The notes: a model not told the origin generated them from the sequence alone. A stretch of DNA of 53,640 bases from Octopus bimaculoides (GCF_001194135.2 NC_068989.1:64339858-64393497), one strand, 5' to 3'. Shown: positions 1 to 13,092, counted from the first letter of the stretch. Translations and numbers: made by a program.

Positions 1-52
<52 letters not shown>

Positions 53-759
53 GTATATATATATGTGTGTATATTTGTTTGTGTGTCTGTGTTGGTGTGT
101 TTACGTCCCCGTAGATTAGCGGCTCAGCAAAAGAGACCAATAGAATATGTACTAGGCTTACAAAGAGTAAGTCTTGGGGTTGATTTGTTTGACTAAAGTT
201 GGTGCTCCAGTCAAATGACTAAAACAAGTAAAAGAAAGAATTAAAAGAATTATTAGCTTGATAACGGAGAAGCTACTTATTTTACTAAACTCCTCTATAA
301 TTTTGACTTAAATTATTGAAAGAAAACACACGACCAGCACATTGTATTTGAAATATAATCACATATGGATCACGCTAAGGAATATAATAGCAAGAATGAG
401 AAACAGGAGAAAAATAGGCTGTGATCCCATGAGGCTTGGACATTGTTCTGTCTGTAAATATGAGAATATCATTGGTTAATCATTAAAGCAGATGGTTCCA
501 AAATTATTTATGGATTCTGTGTGAGATTGTTCTGTTAAAGGAATGATATTAGGTCCTCTGTGGTATTTTAGTGTTTTCAATTGGAGGAAAGTTCTTACAT
601 TATTATGCCTGTAATGATAATGTATCTGTTCATCTATAATAATAAATGCCAAAATGAATTTCTGTGTGTCAGTGTGTCACAATTTGTCCCGCACCTCACT
701 GTTCAACGACACTTCTTCTACTCCTCTTGCTGGGGTGAGAGTAATAGTAGGCATAGAGA

Positions 760-1100
760 CAGTGAGGGCGGTAGTAGATTGACAGTTGAGATGGTAATGG
801 GAGTGGTAGTAATAGTATGAGCTGTAGTCGTGATAGAGGCGGAGGTGATGGTGATGATGATGGTGGTGGTGGTGGTGGTAGCTGAGGCGGTCAAGCATGA
901 TGGTGATAGTAAGAGATGTGAAAGACAGTGGTAATGGTGATAGAGGGGAAGGTGGTGAAGTCAAAGGTGTTGATGATGGTGGCATCAGAAGTCTGAATGG
1001 TGTATGTAGGGTAGTTGTGGTGGCGATGGTGGTGGTACATGTGATGGTGATGATTGAAAACAATCAACAGAAAGAGGGAGAGAGAGAGAGAGAGAGAGAA
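760..1100. repeat. GGT/GAT/GA low-complexity simple repeat tract
   Basis: Runs of ggt, gat and ag units; source of the His/Thr/Pro-rich ORF. Confidence 0.85.
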
Positions 1101-2154
1101 AGAAAGAGGTTAGACAGAAAAAAAATTGTATAAAAAATGTTGTTTATCATGAAGCTTTGCAATAAGTTCCAAGTTGACATATATCATTATTTTGACGAAA
1201 ATTGTTCATTGCTTCAAAAATATTGGTCAAATTTAATGAAATTTAATATGTACTCAATGCATGAAGTGTCGTTATTGGGCTCAAGGCCCAATGAAGAGCC
1301 CTCTACAGGAGCTAGCTCAAAAGCTGCCCAATAGGGCGGCTTTTAAGCTAGTTCACAGTATGTTCTGGCAAATTTGAACATGAACATGAATGTGCCAGTT
1401 TTTTTAGTCTCTCTCTTGACTATTTGTGTTGATAATGTGGGACTCATTAATGTAAAGGTACTTTGAGACATTGCAGTTTTACAACATCATTGTGTGTCTT
1501 TTCAGTCAAAGCTACTCTTGGATCAATGATTTTAACAAGTGTAGTGGCTCGTGTTTATAGAAACCAGCATAAAGATTACATTGTGTAAGAAAATTTATAT
1601 TTTTGCCTATGGTCAGTAAGTGTTATTTCCTATTTGTTTCTGTCTCGAAATCAAAGGAAATGACTACTATTCCCTTCAAATTCTGCTTTTATGACCTGGA
1701 TATCAATGTTTTGAAACTGACCTATTTTCTATTACATTTGAGACAGATTCAGCACTGAGTTACTAAAGCAGAATTTTCTAGAACTTTCTGCTCAGTATCA
1801 CAGATTTGCTTATTATTTGATTGACCTTAACCACTTGAACCCTTAGTGGTTGACAACATGTACATCTCTGATCATGAGCAGGAGTAGTTGGGGAACATGA
1901 TAGCCGTGTGTTGAGAGGGATTCTTTGGGGTTTGGACAACTGTAACAAAAACAAAGTTTGAAGGAAATATTAGCCATTTATGATACTTTCTAGGGGTAAG
2001 CAAATAGGAAATAACAGTTGCTACCCAAAAACAAAAATCATGTTACACAGTGTTGTTTGTTGATGCACACTGGAGGTTTGCCAAACAGATAATAATTCAT
2101 TAGATGTATGCAAAACTGCAAGAATATAAAAAGCATATAAATTATTATGTTTAA

Positions 2155-2375
2155 CCCTTTCATTACTGTATTTATTTTGAGATGCTCTGCATTTCTTTCA
2201 ATTATTTTAAATATAACAAAGAATTTAGTAAAATTACTTAGTTATCAATAAGTTAGTGTTAAGAACATAAATTCTGACTAAGGTTTAGTGGACGATTTTT
2301 ATTCAAAACTTATGAAAACAAGACATTTGTACTACACAGCCAGAGGCAGTTTCAGCCGGGTTGGTAATGAAAGGG
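2155..2375. mobile_element. piggyBac-type MITE
   Basis: TTAA on both sides (2151-2154, 2376-2379) and perfect 12-bp TIR CCCTTTCATTAC/GTAATGAAAGGG. Related ends near 12780-12810 and 21390. Confidence 0.85.
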
Positions 2376-2471
2376 TTAAAATGTATTCTTAAAAGTCTCT
2401 TGTTTTTTGAGCTATTTTGAAAATTGTTTCATAACCTCGGATATTTTTCAAACATTATCTATTTTCTTTAG

Positions 2472-2563
2472 TTAGATGAACTATTTGAGTTACGAGCCTT
2501 CTTGAAATATAAATTACTTTCTGCTGAACTGGAACATACTGATACGAGTCTGCAAATTATGAG
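2472..2563 (+). CDS. AOPEP: Aminopeptidase O exon (first seen in window): LDELFELRAFLKYKLLSAELEHTDTSLQIM(R)
   Basis: ttttctttag acceptor, AG|gttagt donor, phase 2 matches next exon; resembles vertebrate AOPEP ELRACLRWRRLQDEMQCSPEEMQVLR as recalled. An alternative acceptor at 2476 is possible. Confidence 0.8.
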
Positions 2564-2639
2564 GTTAGTAGCTTATTAATTTCTGATGTTTTTTATTCCT
2601 TTAAATGTATGAAATAAACATTTCATACCAAATCAAACT

Positions 2640-3205
2640 GGAGTTGGGTGTAGCCCCTCAGCTTACCAGCCCTGGTCAAACCATCCAACACATTCCAGCA
2701 TGGACAACGGACATTAAATAATGATGATGATGATGAATAAGCTCATGATGTTATGCATCTATTCTTTTCCATCTTTGCCTTGCTAATTACTTGGCAACCT
2801 CTCTGGTGTTGGTGGCATGAAAAAAGCACCCTGTTCACTCTGTCAAGTTGTTGGCTTTAAGAAGGACATCCAGCCATAGAAACCATGCCAAAGCTGACAT
2901 CAGAGCTGACACCATCTGAACATGGCTGATGCCAGTACCTCTTGACTGGTTTCTGTGCCGGTGGCACATAAAAAGCGCTATCCAAATGTGATCGATGCCA
3001 GGCCCACCTGACTGGCTCCTGTGCCGGTGACACATAAAAAGCACCCTCTACACTCTCGGAGTGGTTGGTGTTAGGAAGGGCATCCAGTTGTAGAAACATT
3101 GCCAGACCAGATTGGAGCCTGGTGCAGTCGCTGGCTCTCCAGATCCAGTCAAACCTTCCAACCCATGCTAGCATGGAAAACGAACGTTAAACGATGATGA
3201 TGATG
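2640..3205 (+). mobile_element. GAT-tailed retroelement family (RTE-mobilised SINE or LINE 3' end)
   Basis: Shared ttaggaagggcatccagctgtagaaac...caacccatgctagcatggaaa...(gat)n; other copies near 5690, 6350(-), 10575, 12215, 14260, 15510-15950, 19640(-), 24720, 32113(-). Confidence 0.75.
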
Positions 3206-3773
3206 ATATCTATTTATATATAAATATGTGTGGGTGAGTGTTACTCTCTCTTTGCTTTGACGACACATCATAGTTGTAAAATAAATGTCACCATCATGCC
3301 AGTGGTGTCCTTTGTTTTCAGTCTTCTGTGAAAACACATCTGGTCATAGGGAAATATTACCTTATTTTGAAGCAGTTGAGAGTTAGTAGCACTAAAGGCA
3401 TCAGGCCATAGGGAAATCTGCTGCAGCAAATTTTGTCTGACTCATGTGAGCATGGAAAATGAATGTTGAAACAGTGGCAATGATATCCTCTATAATATTC
3501 TCTATTGCAGTGGGTTTGCTAAAATTGTTTGCACTTTGGAATAAATAATATGACAGAATAGTGTTTTATTTCATTCATGTAGGTCCCAAGCTCATTCCTT
3601 CAGCACGTCAACTACGACTTCATTTTTCTCTGCAAATAGGTTCAGTGTCAGTCAGATATGTACTAATAAGATGCTGGGATCAGTTCTGTTAGCTATAATC
3701 CTTCATTACTTGTATTATCCGTAGTCCTAAGGAAGAAATTCACATTTCTTTTAGTCTTACTATATAATTTCAG

Positions 3774-3867
3774 ACCAAACAGGGATGTTCCTGAAGAAAA
3801 GAAAACTAATTATATTAAAAATGGTATGAACACTGAGAAAAAATGTATGCAAGTACATTATTTAAAA
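3774..3867 (+). CDS. AOPEP: AOPEP exon: (R)PNRDVPEEKKTNYIKNGMNTEKKCMQVHYLK
   Basis: aatttcag acceptor, gtaagt donor; matches the AOPEP IKHGLNPEKIFMQVHYLK segment containing the M1 catalytic Tyr region. Confidence 0.92.
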
Positions 3868-6182
3868 GTAAGTTAATTCCTTATATTTTTTAAATGGTTT
3901 CATTTGTTCATTTTATTAAATCATCAGATAAAAATTTTTTTTCCATTTATTTTAATTTTTAATTTCATTAACAATTTTAACAATTCAGTCACTAATATAT
4001 TCTCTTTCATTACCAATGTTCCACTAATTAGTTTGTCAATACCTTGATGGTAGAAATCACCAGGTCTTGTCTTAAAGAAATCTTTAAACACATCATTGTT
4101 GAATCGAAGCACCTTGTAGAGCTTTCCTTCTGAGCTCTTGAATAGCATTTTTAGTCAAATTAGCAATATGGAGGGTGGATGGGGTGACTGTTGTTGTGTT
4201 AAAAAAGTTCACTATGTTGCCAGTTGAATCATTTCAGCTAGGTTGCCCATTGAGTGAAAGTGGCAGGCAACAGTAATATGAGAGCATCTGTTATGCCAAT
4301 TCTCTTGTGGGTTGGCATGGACCCTCATAGATGACCTTGTACAGTTGATCCTTATTGAACTGAACCGGTGAGCCTGGATGCAGAGAGTCTGTGAGGTTGA
4401 ATTTCCCCTCCTTGATTAAAAACCATTCTCTGCAGTTCTTTCAGTGATATTGCCTTCTCCAAACATAGCACATATGTCTTGAGTGGCTTTGGTAGCTATG
4501 GAACCTCAACTGAAAGCAAAGAGAAGCAGGTATTGAAAAAACTCATTTTATTTTTGTACTTGGTACTGTCTATCTCTCTCTCTCTCTCTTTTTCTCACCA
4601 TGTACCTCCTCTATAGCAAGACACCTGTTTCTGTCTCTCCGTCACACTCGAACAGTTCATCTGACACAAGATTACCTCCAATGCCTCTTCTCCTCTCAAA
4701 GGATCTTTGTCTTGCAAATTACTTGGTGACCTTGCCATTGTTGGTGCCATAAAAAAAGTTAAAATTTAATGAAATTTCAAAAATGAACAAAAGTTGTAGT
4801 AGAATGGTGCTAAAAAAAACACCCCACAAAACACTACAATAAAAATATTTTGCGTGTTAATTCAAATAACATTGGAAAGAAATGAAGATATTTATAAGAC
4901 AACTGAATACGTCCATTTTTCATTGTTGGTATGGGTTAGGTGAATACATTATTGAGGCATTGATTTGTAGCTGGATACCTTCCCTTGCTGTTGCTAAATC
5001 TTATTTATTTTCAAGTAAGGGATCATTTATTTTTACACATCTTTGAAGGTGTAAAGCAAGCAGACAATTTGTCAGCAGTAGTGATAACAACAGCACTGAG
5101 TATTGTGGGTGTCTTTTGTAGAATGCAAATGTAAACACACACACACACACACACATGTATGCACACATACACATAATGGGCTACTTTCATTTTCCATCTA
5201 CCAAATTTGCAGGGCTGAACTTGCCTCCTCAGACAAAATTTAAAAACAAGAAGCTGAGATAATTGAAAAAAAAAAAAAAAAAAAAAAATTATCCAGTTTT
5301 CAACTTACTGTATATCATATATTGCCATATCTCTGGTATGTATGTGGCATGGTTCAAAGAATTCAAATGTCCATTTTTCTACAAAACACAGTAAATCAAC
5401 GTATTGTGTTTCGTTGGAGAACAGCACTATAATAGAAGACATTTACCCAAAATGCTGTACTGTGGGACTGAACCTATAACCATTTGCTTAAGAAGAAAAC
5501 TTTTGAAACACACATCCATGCCTGTGTCTGTACTTATTTGTGTTTATTTGATGATATTAGGTCCATTTATGCTTATAAAAAAAACAACAAAAAACATGCA
5601 TTTTTCGGGGGGGTTTTTTAGCACCCTTCCAACTTTGGGTCTCACGGAAGCAGTGACACAGGACAGACCTTTGGCAATATACTGTACATGAGAAGACCTG
5701 TCAAGCCAAGTGAGATTGCAATTGTGGCTGATGCCTGTGTTTCGTAACTGTCACATGTGCCAGTGGCATGTAAAAAGCACCCACTACACTATTGGAGTGG
5801 TTGGCATTAGGAAGGGCATCTAGTTGTAGAAACCATGTCAAATCAGATTGAACGTGGTACAGCTCCCCCAGCTTACCAGTTTTTAGTCAAACCGTCCAAC
5901 CCATGCCAGCATAGAAAACAGACAGTAAATGACGATGATGATGATGGCGATATTACCTACTGTTTTTCCTGGAAAACTCTTTTGCTTGTTTTGCAATATG
6001 CTTGCGATGAAGATAATATTCCACAAGTTAGTTTATTTCATGGTTAAAGGATTATGGTCGGGTCGCTCAGGGTTCTCTCCCTTACTTTTCAACTGTTGTC
6101 CAAGGCAGTCTGACATCCTGTTGGTTAAGACAATGAAGGTTCCAATTGATCCGATCAACAAAACAGCCTGCTTGTGAAATTA

Positions 6183-6715
6183 ACGCAGGAGTGGCTGTGT
6201 GGTAAGTAGCTTGCTTACCAACCACATGGTTCCGGGTTCATTCCCACTGCGTCGCACCTTGGGCAAGTGTCTTCTACTATAGCCTTGGGCCGACCAAAGC
6301 CTTGTGAGTGGATTTGGTAGACGGAAACTGAAAGAAGCCTGTTGTATATCATCATCATCATCATCATCATCGTTTAACGTCCGCTTTCCATGCTAGCATG
6401 GGTTGGACGATTTGACTGAGGACTGGTGAAACCGGATGGCAACACCAGGCTCCAGTCTGATTTGGCAGAGTTTCTACAGCTGGATGCCCTTCCTAACGCC
6501 ATGCCCTTCCATGTTTGTGTGTCTGTGTTTGTCCCCCCAACATCTCTTGACAACCGATGCTGGTGTGTTTACGTCCCTGTAACTTAGCGGTTCGGCAAAA
6601 GGGACCGATAGAATAAGTACTAGGCTTCCAAAGAATAAGTCCTGGGGTTGATTTGCTCGACTAAAGGCAGTGCTCCAGCATGGCCGCAGTCAAGTGACTG
6701 AAACAAGTAAAAGAG
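6183..6715 (+). mobile_element. tRNA-related SINE (head + microsatellite linker + conserved tail) with a nested GAT-tailed element
   Basis: Head has A-box-like TGGCTGTGTGGTAAG and B-box-like GGTTCA(G/T)TCCC. Other heads near 12033, 13140(-), 16535(-), 19474, 20160(-), 20660/20752(-), 24300, 25985, 43750(-), 50341. Tail module (ggtgctccagcatggcc...gactgaaacaag) near 90-240, 12474, 16300(-), 17985, 19935(-), 20370, 23220, 43490(-), 50660. Confidence 0.85.
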
Positions 6716-7936
6716 TATATGTAAGAGGCTGAGCACTCCACAGCCACGCATATCTTTACCTTAGTTCTCAGGGAGATTCGGCATGTCACAGAATGCAACA
6801 AGGCTGGCCCTTTGAAATACAGATACAAGTCATTTTTTTTCAGTTGAGTGTACTGGAGCAATGTGTAATAAAATGTCTTGCTTAAGGACGCTATGCACTG
6901 CCAGAAAACGAACTCATGACCTTACGATTGTGAGCTAAACACCCTAACCACTAAGATACACACCTTCACTTCAAGCCAGTCTACAGCTGAAATCATATGC
7001 AACACTCTGAGATTTGTTTTGTGGATGTCGGTGTGGATCTATTTCAGCCTATAACTGTTTCCCTATATCAGTGTATCATACATGCTGCATACACGTCTGA
7101 CAGGGAGCTGGAATGCAACGGCTCTCAAACACTTTGACTTTTTTATTGCATTGGAGATCTTTATTACCAGTGTTTTAGCATTCCGTTTTCCCCGTTTGCA
7201 TGAGTCGGACAAAATTTGTTAAGGCAGATTTTCTAAGGTTGGATACCCTTACCTATTTCCAAGCAAGATGCTATTTACCCCTGACCGGATATGTTTTTAT
7301 AGAATATTGGAAATGAATGACACTGCCTGTATGGCAGTGACACTTGTTTATAAATATACATGTAAGAAGCCTTTCCTGTGTGCGTGTGCGCACACATACA
7401 CACACACAGATACATGAATGACAACCTTCTTTCAGTTCCTGTTATCAAATCTATTCACAAGGTTTTAATTGGCTCAGTGTTATAGTAGAAGACACATGCC
7501 AAAGGTGCCATGCAATGGGACTGAACCTAACACCATGTGGTTGAGAAGCAAACTTCTTAACTAACACAGTTATGCAAAAGATGCTAACATACTAGGGTGT
7601 CTTTGATAGATCATTTGCTTAAAACATTGATGTTTCTCTGTATTGTTGTAACATTTTGCCATAACATAAATTATGGTAGTGAGATTATTCTGTTGAATAG
7701 AAATAAGAAGCTCTTTGAGAAGTCCTATGGGTCAGAGTTAGTTGGTTGTAGAAGTAAATCAATTATCCAACATCATAGATGTGCAGGAATATCAGCTTGA
7801 TCAGTTGTCAAGGTGTTCTCCTAAGATTAGAAGGCAGTTCCTGTGGTGGCTGCTGCTATTTTATTCAATCATATATTTTATTGATAAGCTTTCATTCATA
7901 GCATTTTCTGTTTGTGTGTATGTGTATGCACACACG

Positions 7937-7983
<47 letters not shown>

Positions 7984-8008
7984 ATATTTATCTTTGAATT
8001 TTTTTCAG

Positions 8009-8116
8009 GGTTATTTCCTTCTCAGGTACCTTGCACAAATCGTCGGAATGGAGCAGTTTCAAGATTTCCTCAGAGTTTATGTCACTAAGTACCATGGTCA
8101 ACTAGTGACTTCTCAG
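8009..8116 (+). CDS. AOPEP: AOPEP exon: GYFLLRYLAQIVGMEQFQDFLRVYVTKYHGQLVTSQ
   Basis: tttttcag acceptor, CAG|gtaaag donor, 108 nt phase 0-0; strong similarity to AOPEP GYFLLRFLA...FLRKFVHTFHGQLILSQ. Confidence 0.95.
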
Positions 8117-9430
8117 GTAAAGCATTGACATAAAATATTTGTTACTGATTGCATATAGACATCCTTGTTACTTATTTGCTTTTTATTCACCTTACTTCGA
8201 GCAGTGCAGATAATACTGGATTGACTTGGTGTCTCAACTTAAGTACTTAATTCAACTGAATCATAATTATTTTATATATATATATATAATATAAATTGAA
8301 CATGGGCGACCATTGTATTCTTTCTTGGCTCGAGGTTCACGGCCAAACGGCTGGGTGGATTCGTGTGAAAAATGGCACACATGTGGAGACGGGTGCATAG
8401 ATTGGAACACGCTTTGTATTTTTTCTTAGCCCCCATAGTTACCGAGAAAATCGATTAAAACATCCTGTGTGTATGTGAGTGTGTGTCACTGAAGCCATTC
8501 ATACATACATACATAATTACTCTCTCTCTCTCTCTCGGTTTTTCTCTGTCAATCACTCACACATTCACTCACTACAAAAACTGAAGAAAATTTCAGTTAT
8601 CTCTCTATCTCTCTTTCTTTCTCTCTCTCTCATATATACACACACCAACATTACACTCTCTGTTTCGCACACCCCATCAAACACACACACACACACACAC
8701 ACAGACATATGCATGCAAATCAATTCTTCTGTCTCACACCAACTTCAAAAGAAGTTCAGTCATAAAACTGTCCATGTCTCTTTTCATTTGGCATCCACTT
8801 CAAAAGATCCCCTTTCCCCACAACGCATATTAAAAAAATATTTTCATTTGTCCGGCCGTTGATCGAGAGATGAAACACAAACCACCTCCTGCTGACTGCA
8901 AAACTCCTGCCAAATTAGCCGCAAAAAACACAGACACACATACACACACACACGTCCATTTCATATCTCTTTCACTTTCTCTATGATTATACACATGTCC
9001 AATACAATAGCTCTCACATACATTTTCGTCTTCAACAGGTATGTATCTATTCTGTAATATGAACTGTTTTTTCTATAAGCGTATAAAAATTACTGATTCC
9101 ATACTTCTTCACTTAGCTTTTATCTTCACTTTTCTTAAATTGAATACGTCTGCTATTAATTCTTACATACAGTTTCCACGTTAATTCTTACAGCTTCATT
9201 TTCTGTTAAAGAAATTCTTAATGTCAACTTCTTAATGCCTCTTCTATTTTTCCTAGCCTCCATACTTACGAAGAACATCGATTAAAACTTTTTCTAATGC
9301 AGTGCCCCTTTCTTCTACCACTAACACAACCAGTTGCTCTCACACCTTACAGTTTCTCATTCAAACTGCATAGTATGCAGAATTGTTGCATTAATACAGT
9401 AGGGAGTTTTGAGGCAGATTTAGCTGCTAT

Positions 9431-10570
9431 GGAAAGTTCCGAGAAGGGCAGGAATTACTTCTTGGAAAGTTCCGAGGAGGGTGAAGAATTACTTCCTGCA
9501 AAGTTCCAAGGAGGGAGATGAAGGGAAGGAATTACTTCCTGGAAGGTTCCAAGAAGGGGTCGGAATTACATCCTGGAAAGTTTCGGAGAGGGGGAGGAAT
9601 TACTTACTGAAAAGTTCCGAGGAGGGGAGGAATTACTTTCTGGAAAGCTCCGAGAGTGAGGAAATACTTCCCAGAAAGTTCCAAATAAAGTGGAATTACT
9701 TCCTGGAAAGATCCGAAGATTTCCTATAAAGTTCAAAGGCTGGTACTTCCTGGAGAGTTCGGACGATGAGCTACTTGGAAAGTTCCGAGAACTTCATGGA
9801 AAGTTCCGATGATTTCTTGGACACTTCCATGGATGGTACTTCCTGGAAAGGCCCGAGGACGAGCTATTTCCTGGAAAGTTCCGAGGATGCGACTTTCTGA
9901 GATGCTTCCTGGAAATTTCCAAGGAAGGAATTCCTGGAAAGTTCCGTTGGTATCCTGCAAAGTTCCAAGAATGACTTCCTGGAAAATTCTGGAAAGATCC
10001 GAGGACAAACTACTTCTTGGAAAGTTCCGGGGAGGTAATTCCTGGAAAGTTCCAATGGTATCCTGCAAAGTTCCAAGGATGGGACTTCCTGGAAAGTTCC
10101 GATGTTAGTACTTCCGGAAAGTTCCAAGGATTTAAGAACGACGTCCTGGAAAATTCCCATGTGTTCCTGGAAAGTTCCCAGAATTTAAGATTGACTTCCT
10201 GGAAAATTCCTAGGATTTCTGGGAAAGATCTGAGGATTTAAGATCGACTTCCTGGAAAATTCCTAGGATTTCCTTGAAATTTCCGAGGATTTAAGATCGA
10301 CTTCCTGGAAATTTTCTAGGATTTCCTGGAAAGTCCCGGAGATTTAAGCTCGACTTCCGGGACAGTTCCGATGATTTCCTGGAAAGTTCTGATGATTTAA
10401 GATCGACTTCCGGGAAAGTTCCGATGATTTAAGATCGACTTCCTGGAAAGTTCCGAGGAATTTTGGGAAAGTTCCGAGTGTGGTGCTTCCTGGAAAGTTC
10501 CAAGGAATGACTTTCTGAAAAGTTCCAAGGAAGGGGAGGAATTTCTTCCTGGAAAGTTCCAAGGCGGGGA
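9431..10570. repeat. Complex minisatellite with core cttcctggaaagttcc
   Basis: About 40 degenerate units of about 20-35 bp arranged in sub-arrays, inside an AOPEP intron. Confidence 0.95.
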
Positions 10571-11714
10571 AACTTGCCAGCACCATGTAAAGAGCTCTCC
10601 TGCTGACACCACATACTAGAGCACCCATGCTGGTGCCATGTAAAAAAGTACGTAGTACAGTCTCTAAAGCAGTTGGTGTTAGGAAGGTCGTCCAGCAGTA
10701 GAAACAATGCCAAAGCAGACATGTGGAACCTGGTACAACACTCTGGCTAGCCAGCTCTTGTCAAACCATCCAAACCACACCAGCAGCATGGAAAACAGAT
10801 ATTAAATGATGATGATGATGATGATGATGAGGTTCTTACTTAGGCTCAAGACTTGAAATTTTGAGGGGAGCGAGGAGCAATCAATACCGTTTACTTTAAT
10901 GCTTGACCAGTACTTTATTTTATTGACCCTGAACGAATATAAAAAAACAAAGTTAGCTTTAGCAGGAATTGAACTCAGAATATAAAGATCTGGAACAATT
11001 GTCACTAGAGGTTGACAAATGAGCTGCACATGAATATCAAAGGACTGGATTAAACATATGATGTAAAAAGAGAAGAAAAGGAAAAATGGATTTTGTTCTT
11101 TATGTAATCTTATCTTGAATATTTCTGATTTAAAATTAATTTTTGAAAAATCCTCACATCTTAAGAGAACTTATTTAAGCAGATAATAATGCAGTAAAGG
11201 GTTGTAAAATGCAATGAACAAGGAAATAGAAAAATAAAAGTAGTATATGTATGTATGTATAGAAAGAGATCTGATTGGTAGCTCCTGTAATCCTTTAGTA
11301 TCAGCTATTTATGATTTGAGCTCATTTGCTTATCTAAAAGATGGATAAATATCTAATAATTTATGATTATTAGAGATTTTATTCTGTTTGTCCAATATTT
11401 AGACATGTTTGAAAACTGGGTTGTTGGATGAATTTTATAAGTATTTTTTGTTTTAATATTTTGGTTATTATACAGTATGATTTAATAAGAAAATTTCATG
11501 ATTTAGTCCAGATTAGAGAAAAAGTATTTTATGTTGTATGATATAAAAGTTAAATCTATTGATATATATATATATATATANNNNNNNNNNNNNNNNNNNN
11601 NNNNNNNNNNNNNNNNNNNNNNNNNNNNNNNNNNNNNNNNNNNNNNNNNNNNNNNNNNNNNNNNNNNNNNNNNNNNNNNNNNNNNNNNNNNNNNNNNNNN
11701 NNNNNNNNNNNNNN

Positions 11715-11754
<40 letters not shown>

Positions 11755-11757
<3 letters not shown>

Positions 11758-11985
11758 GGATACTCATATCACTTTGCAGAACATTGTTGATGAGCTAAAC
11801 AAGAGCTGGCAAGTGACCTATGGCTATGGGGCTGGTCGTCTGGATACAACAAATGTAGATCAACTCCCCAGAGGCACTGGATGCCTCTCAGAAGACCTCG
11901 CTCAAGTAATGCAGGACTGTGATAGATGGTATGTGCTGGTTAAAAATGTCCGAGCAAGCTCAATCAGATGGTGATGATTAAGTGA
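11755..11985 (+). mobile_element. RTE-clade LINE 3' end
   Basis: GRLDTTNVDQLPRGTGCLSEDLAQVMQDCDRW..VRASS followed by a tgatga tail. Confidence 0.7.
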
Positions 11986-12032
11986 TGAGTAATCTTAATT
12001 ACTCTGTAAAGTGTAATGCTTATTTATTCACA

Positions 12033-12612
12033 GGCGCAGGAGTGGCTGCGTGGTAAGTAGCTTGCTTACCGACCACATGGTTCTGGGTTCAGTCCCACTC
12101 CGTGGCACCTTGGGCAAGTGTCTTCTACTATAGCCTCGGGCCGATCAAAGCCTTGTGAGTGGGTTTGGTAGATGGAAACTGAAAGAAGCCTGTCGTATAT
12201 ATATGTATATATACTCTCTGAGTGGTTGGCGTTAGGAAGGGCATCCAACTCTAGAAACTCTGCCAAATTAGATTGGAGCCTGGTGTAGCCATCCGGTTGC
12301 ACCAGTCCTCAGTCAAATCGTCCAACCCATGCTAGCATGGAAAGCGGACGTTAAACGATGATGATGATGATATATATGTGTGTGTGTGTTTGTGTGTCTG
12401 TTTTTGTCCCCCCCCCCCCNNNNNNNNNNNNNNNNNNNNNNNNNNNNNNNNNNNNNNNNNNNNNNNNNNNNNNCGCAACTTAGCAGTTCAGCAAAAGAGA
12501 CTGATAGAATAAGTACTAGGCTTACAAAAAATAAGTCCTGGGGTCGATTTGCTTGACTAAAGGTGGTGCTCCAGCATGGCCGCAGTCAAATGACTGAAAC
12601 TAGTAAAAGAGA
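12033..12612 (+). mobile_element. Same SINE family, with a nested GAT-tailed element and a gap
   Basis: Head 12033-12200, insert 12215-12370, tail 12474-12612. Confidence 0.85.
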
Positions 12613-12944
12613 GTATTGTTTAGAATTAATCATATATTAGGTCATTTATTCAAAATTTCAGTGATGTGATTGTTTAGTTTTAGAATGACATTGTAAAGGT
12701 ATATATGAGAGGCCAGATTGATTGGTTTGGACATAAAACAGGTAGAATATTTGAGCCAGATATGGTCATTTTAAATATTAAAGGGTTAAATCACTTTAAC
12801 CCTTTTGTTACCATACTTCTGTTGGATTACAGTAGCATTATTTTGATTAATTTTGAAAGTAATGAAGAATTTGGACATTAAAATGATGATGATGATGATG
12901 GTACTTTGATATATTTTTAAGTTTTAACTATTTTCTTGTTTTAG

Positions 12945-12985
12945 GATTTCCTCAAATTATTATTTGATGTCTGTCCTAATTTAAG
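12945..12985 (+). CDS. AOPEP: AOPEP exon: DFLKLLFDVCPNL(S)
   Basis: ttcttgttttag acceptor, AG|gtatgt donor, 41 nt phase 0-2; matches DFLQMLLENIP. Confidence 0.9.
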
Positions 12986-13092
12986 GTATGTGTTTTAAAG
13001 TTTAATTTTATGGTTTTACTTTTTTTATATTCCCAATGTTTTTTGTTTAAAATTTTCTATTTAATCTTTTTTGTTTTTGTATTTCTGACAAA

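Noticed and set aside
677-1133. His/Thr/Pro-rich and Gly/Val-rich ORFs
   Set aside because: Trinucleotide low-complexity sequence.
6183-6260. tRNA genes at the SINE heads
   Set aside because: A/B boxes are present but there is no full cloverleaf; they are parts of high-copy SINEs.
9431-10570. CRISPR-like repeat-spacer appearance
   Set aside because: Spacers are short and related to each other, repeats are degenerate, the context is eukaryotic and there are no cas genes.
9297-10722. Many overlapping ORFs on both strands
   Set aside because: They result from a stop-poor minisatellite; no splice or homology support.
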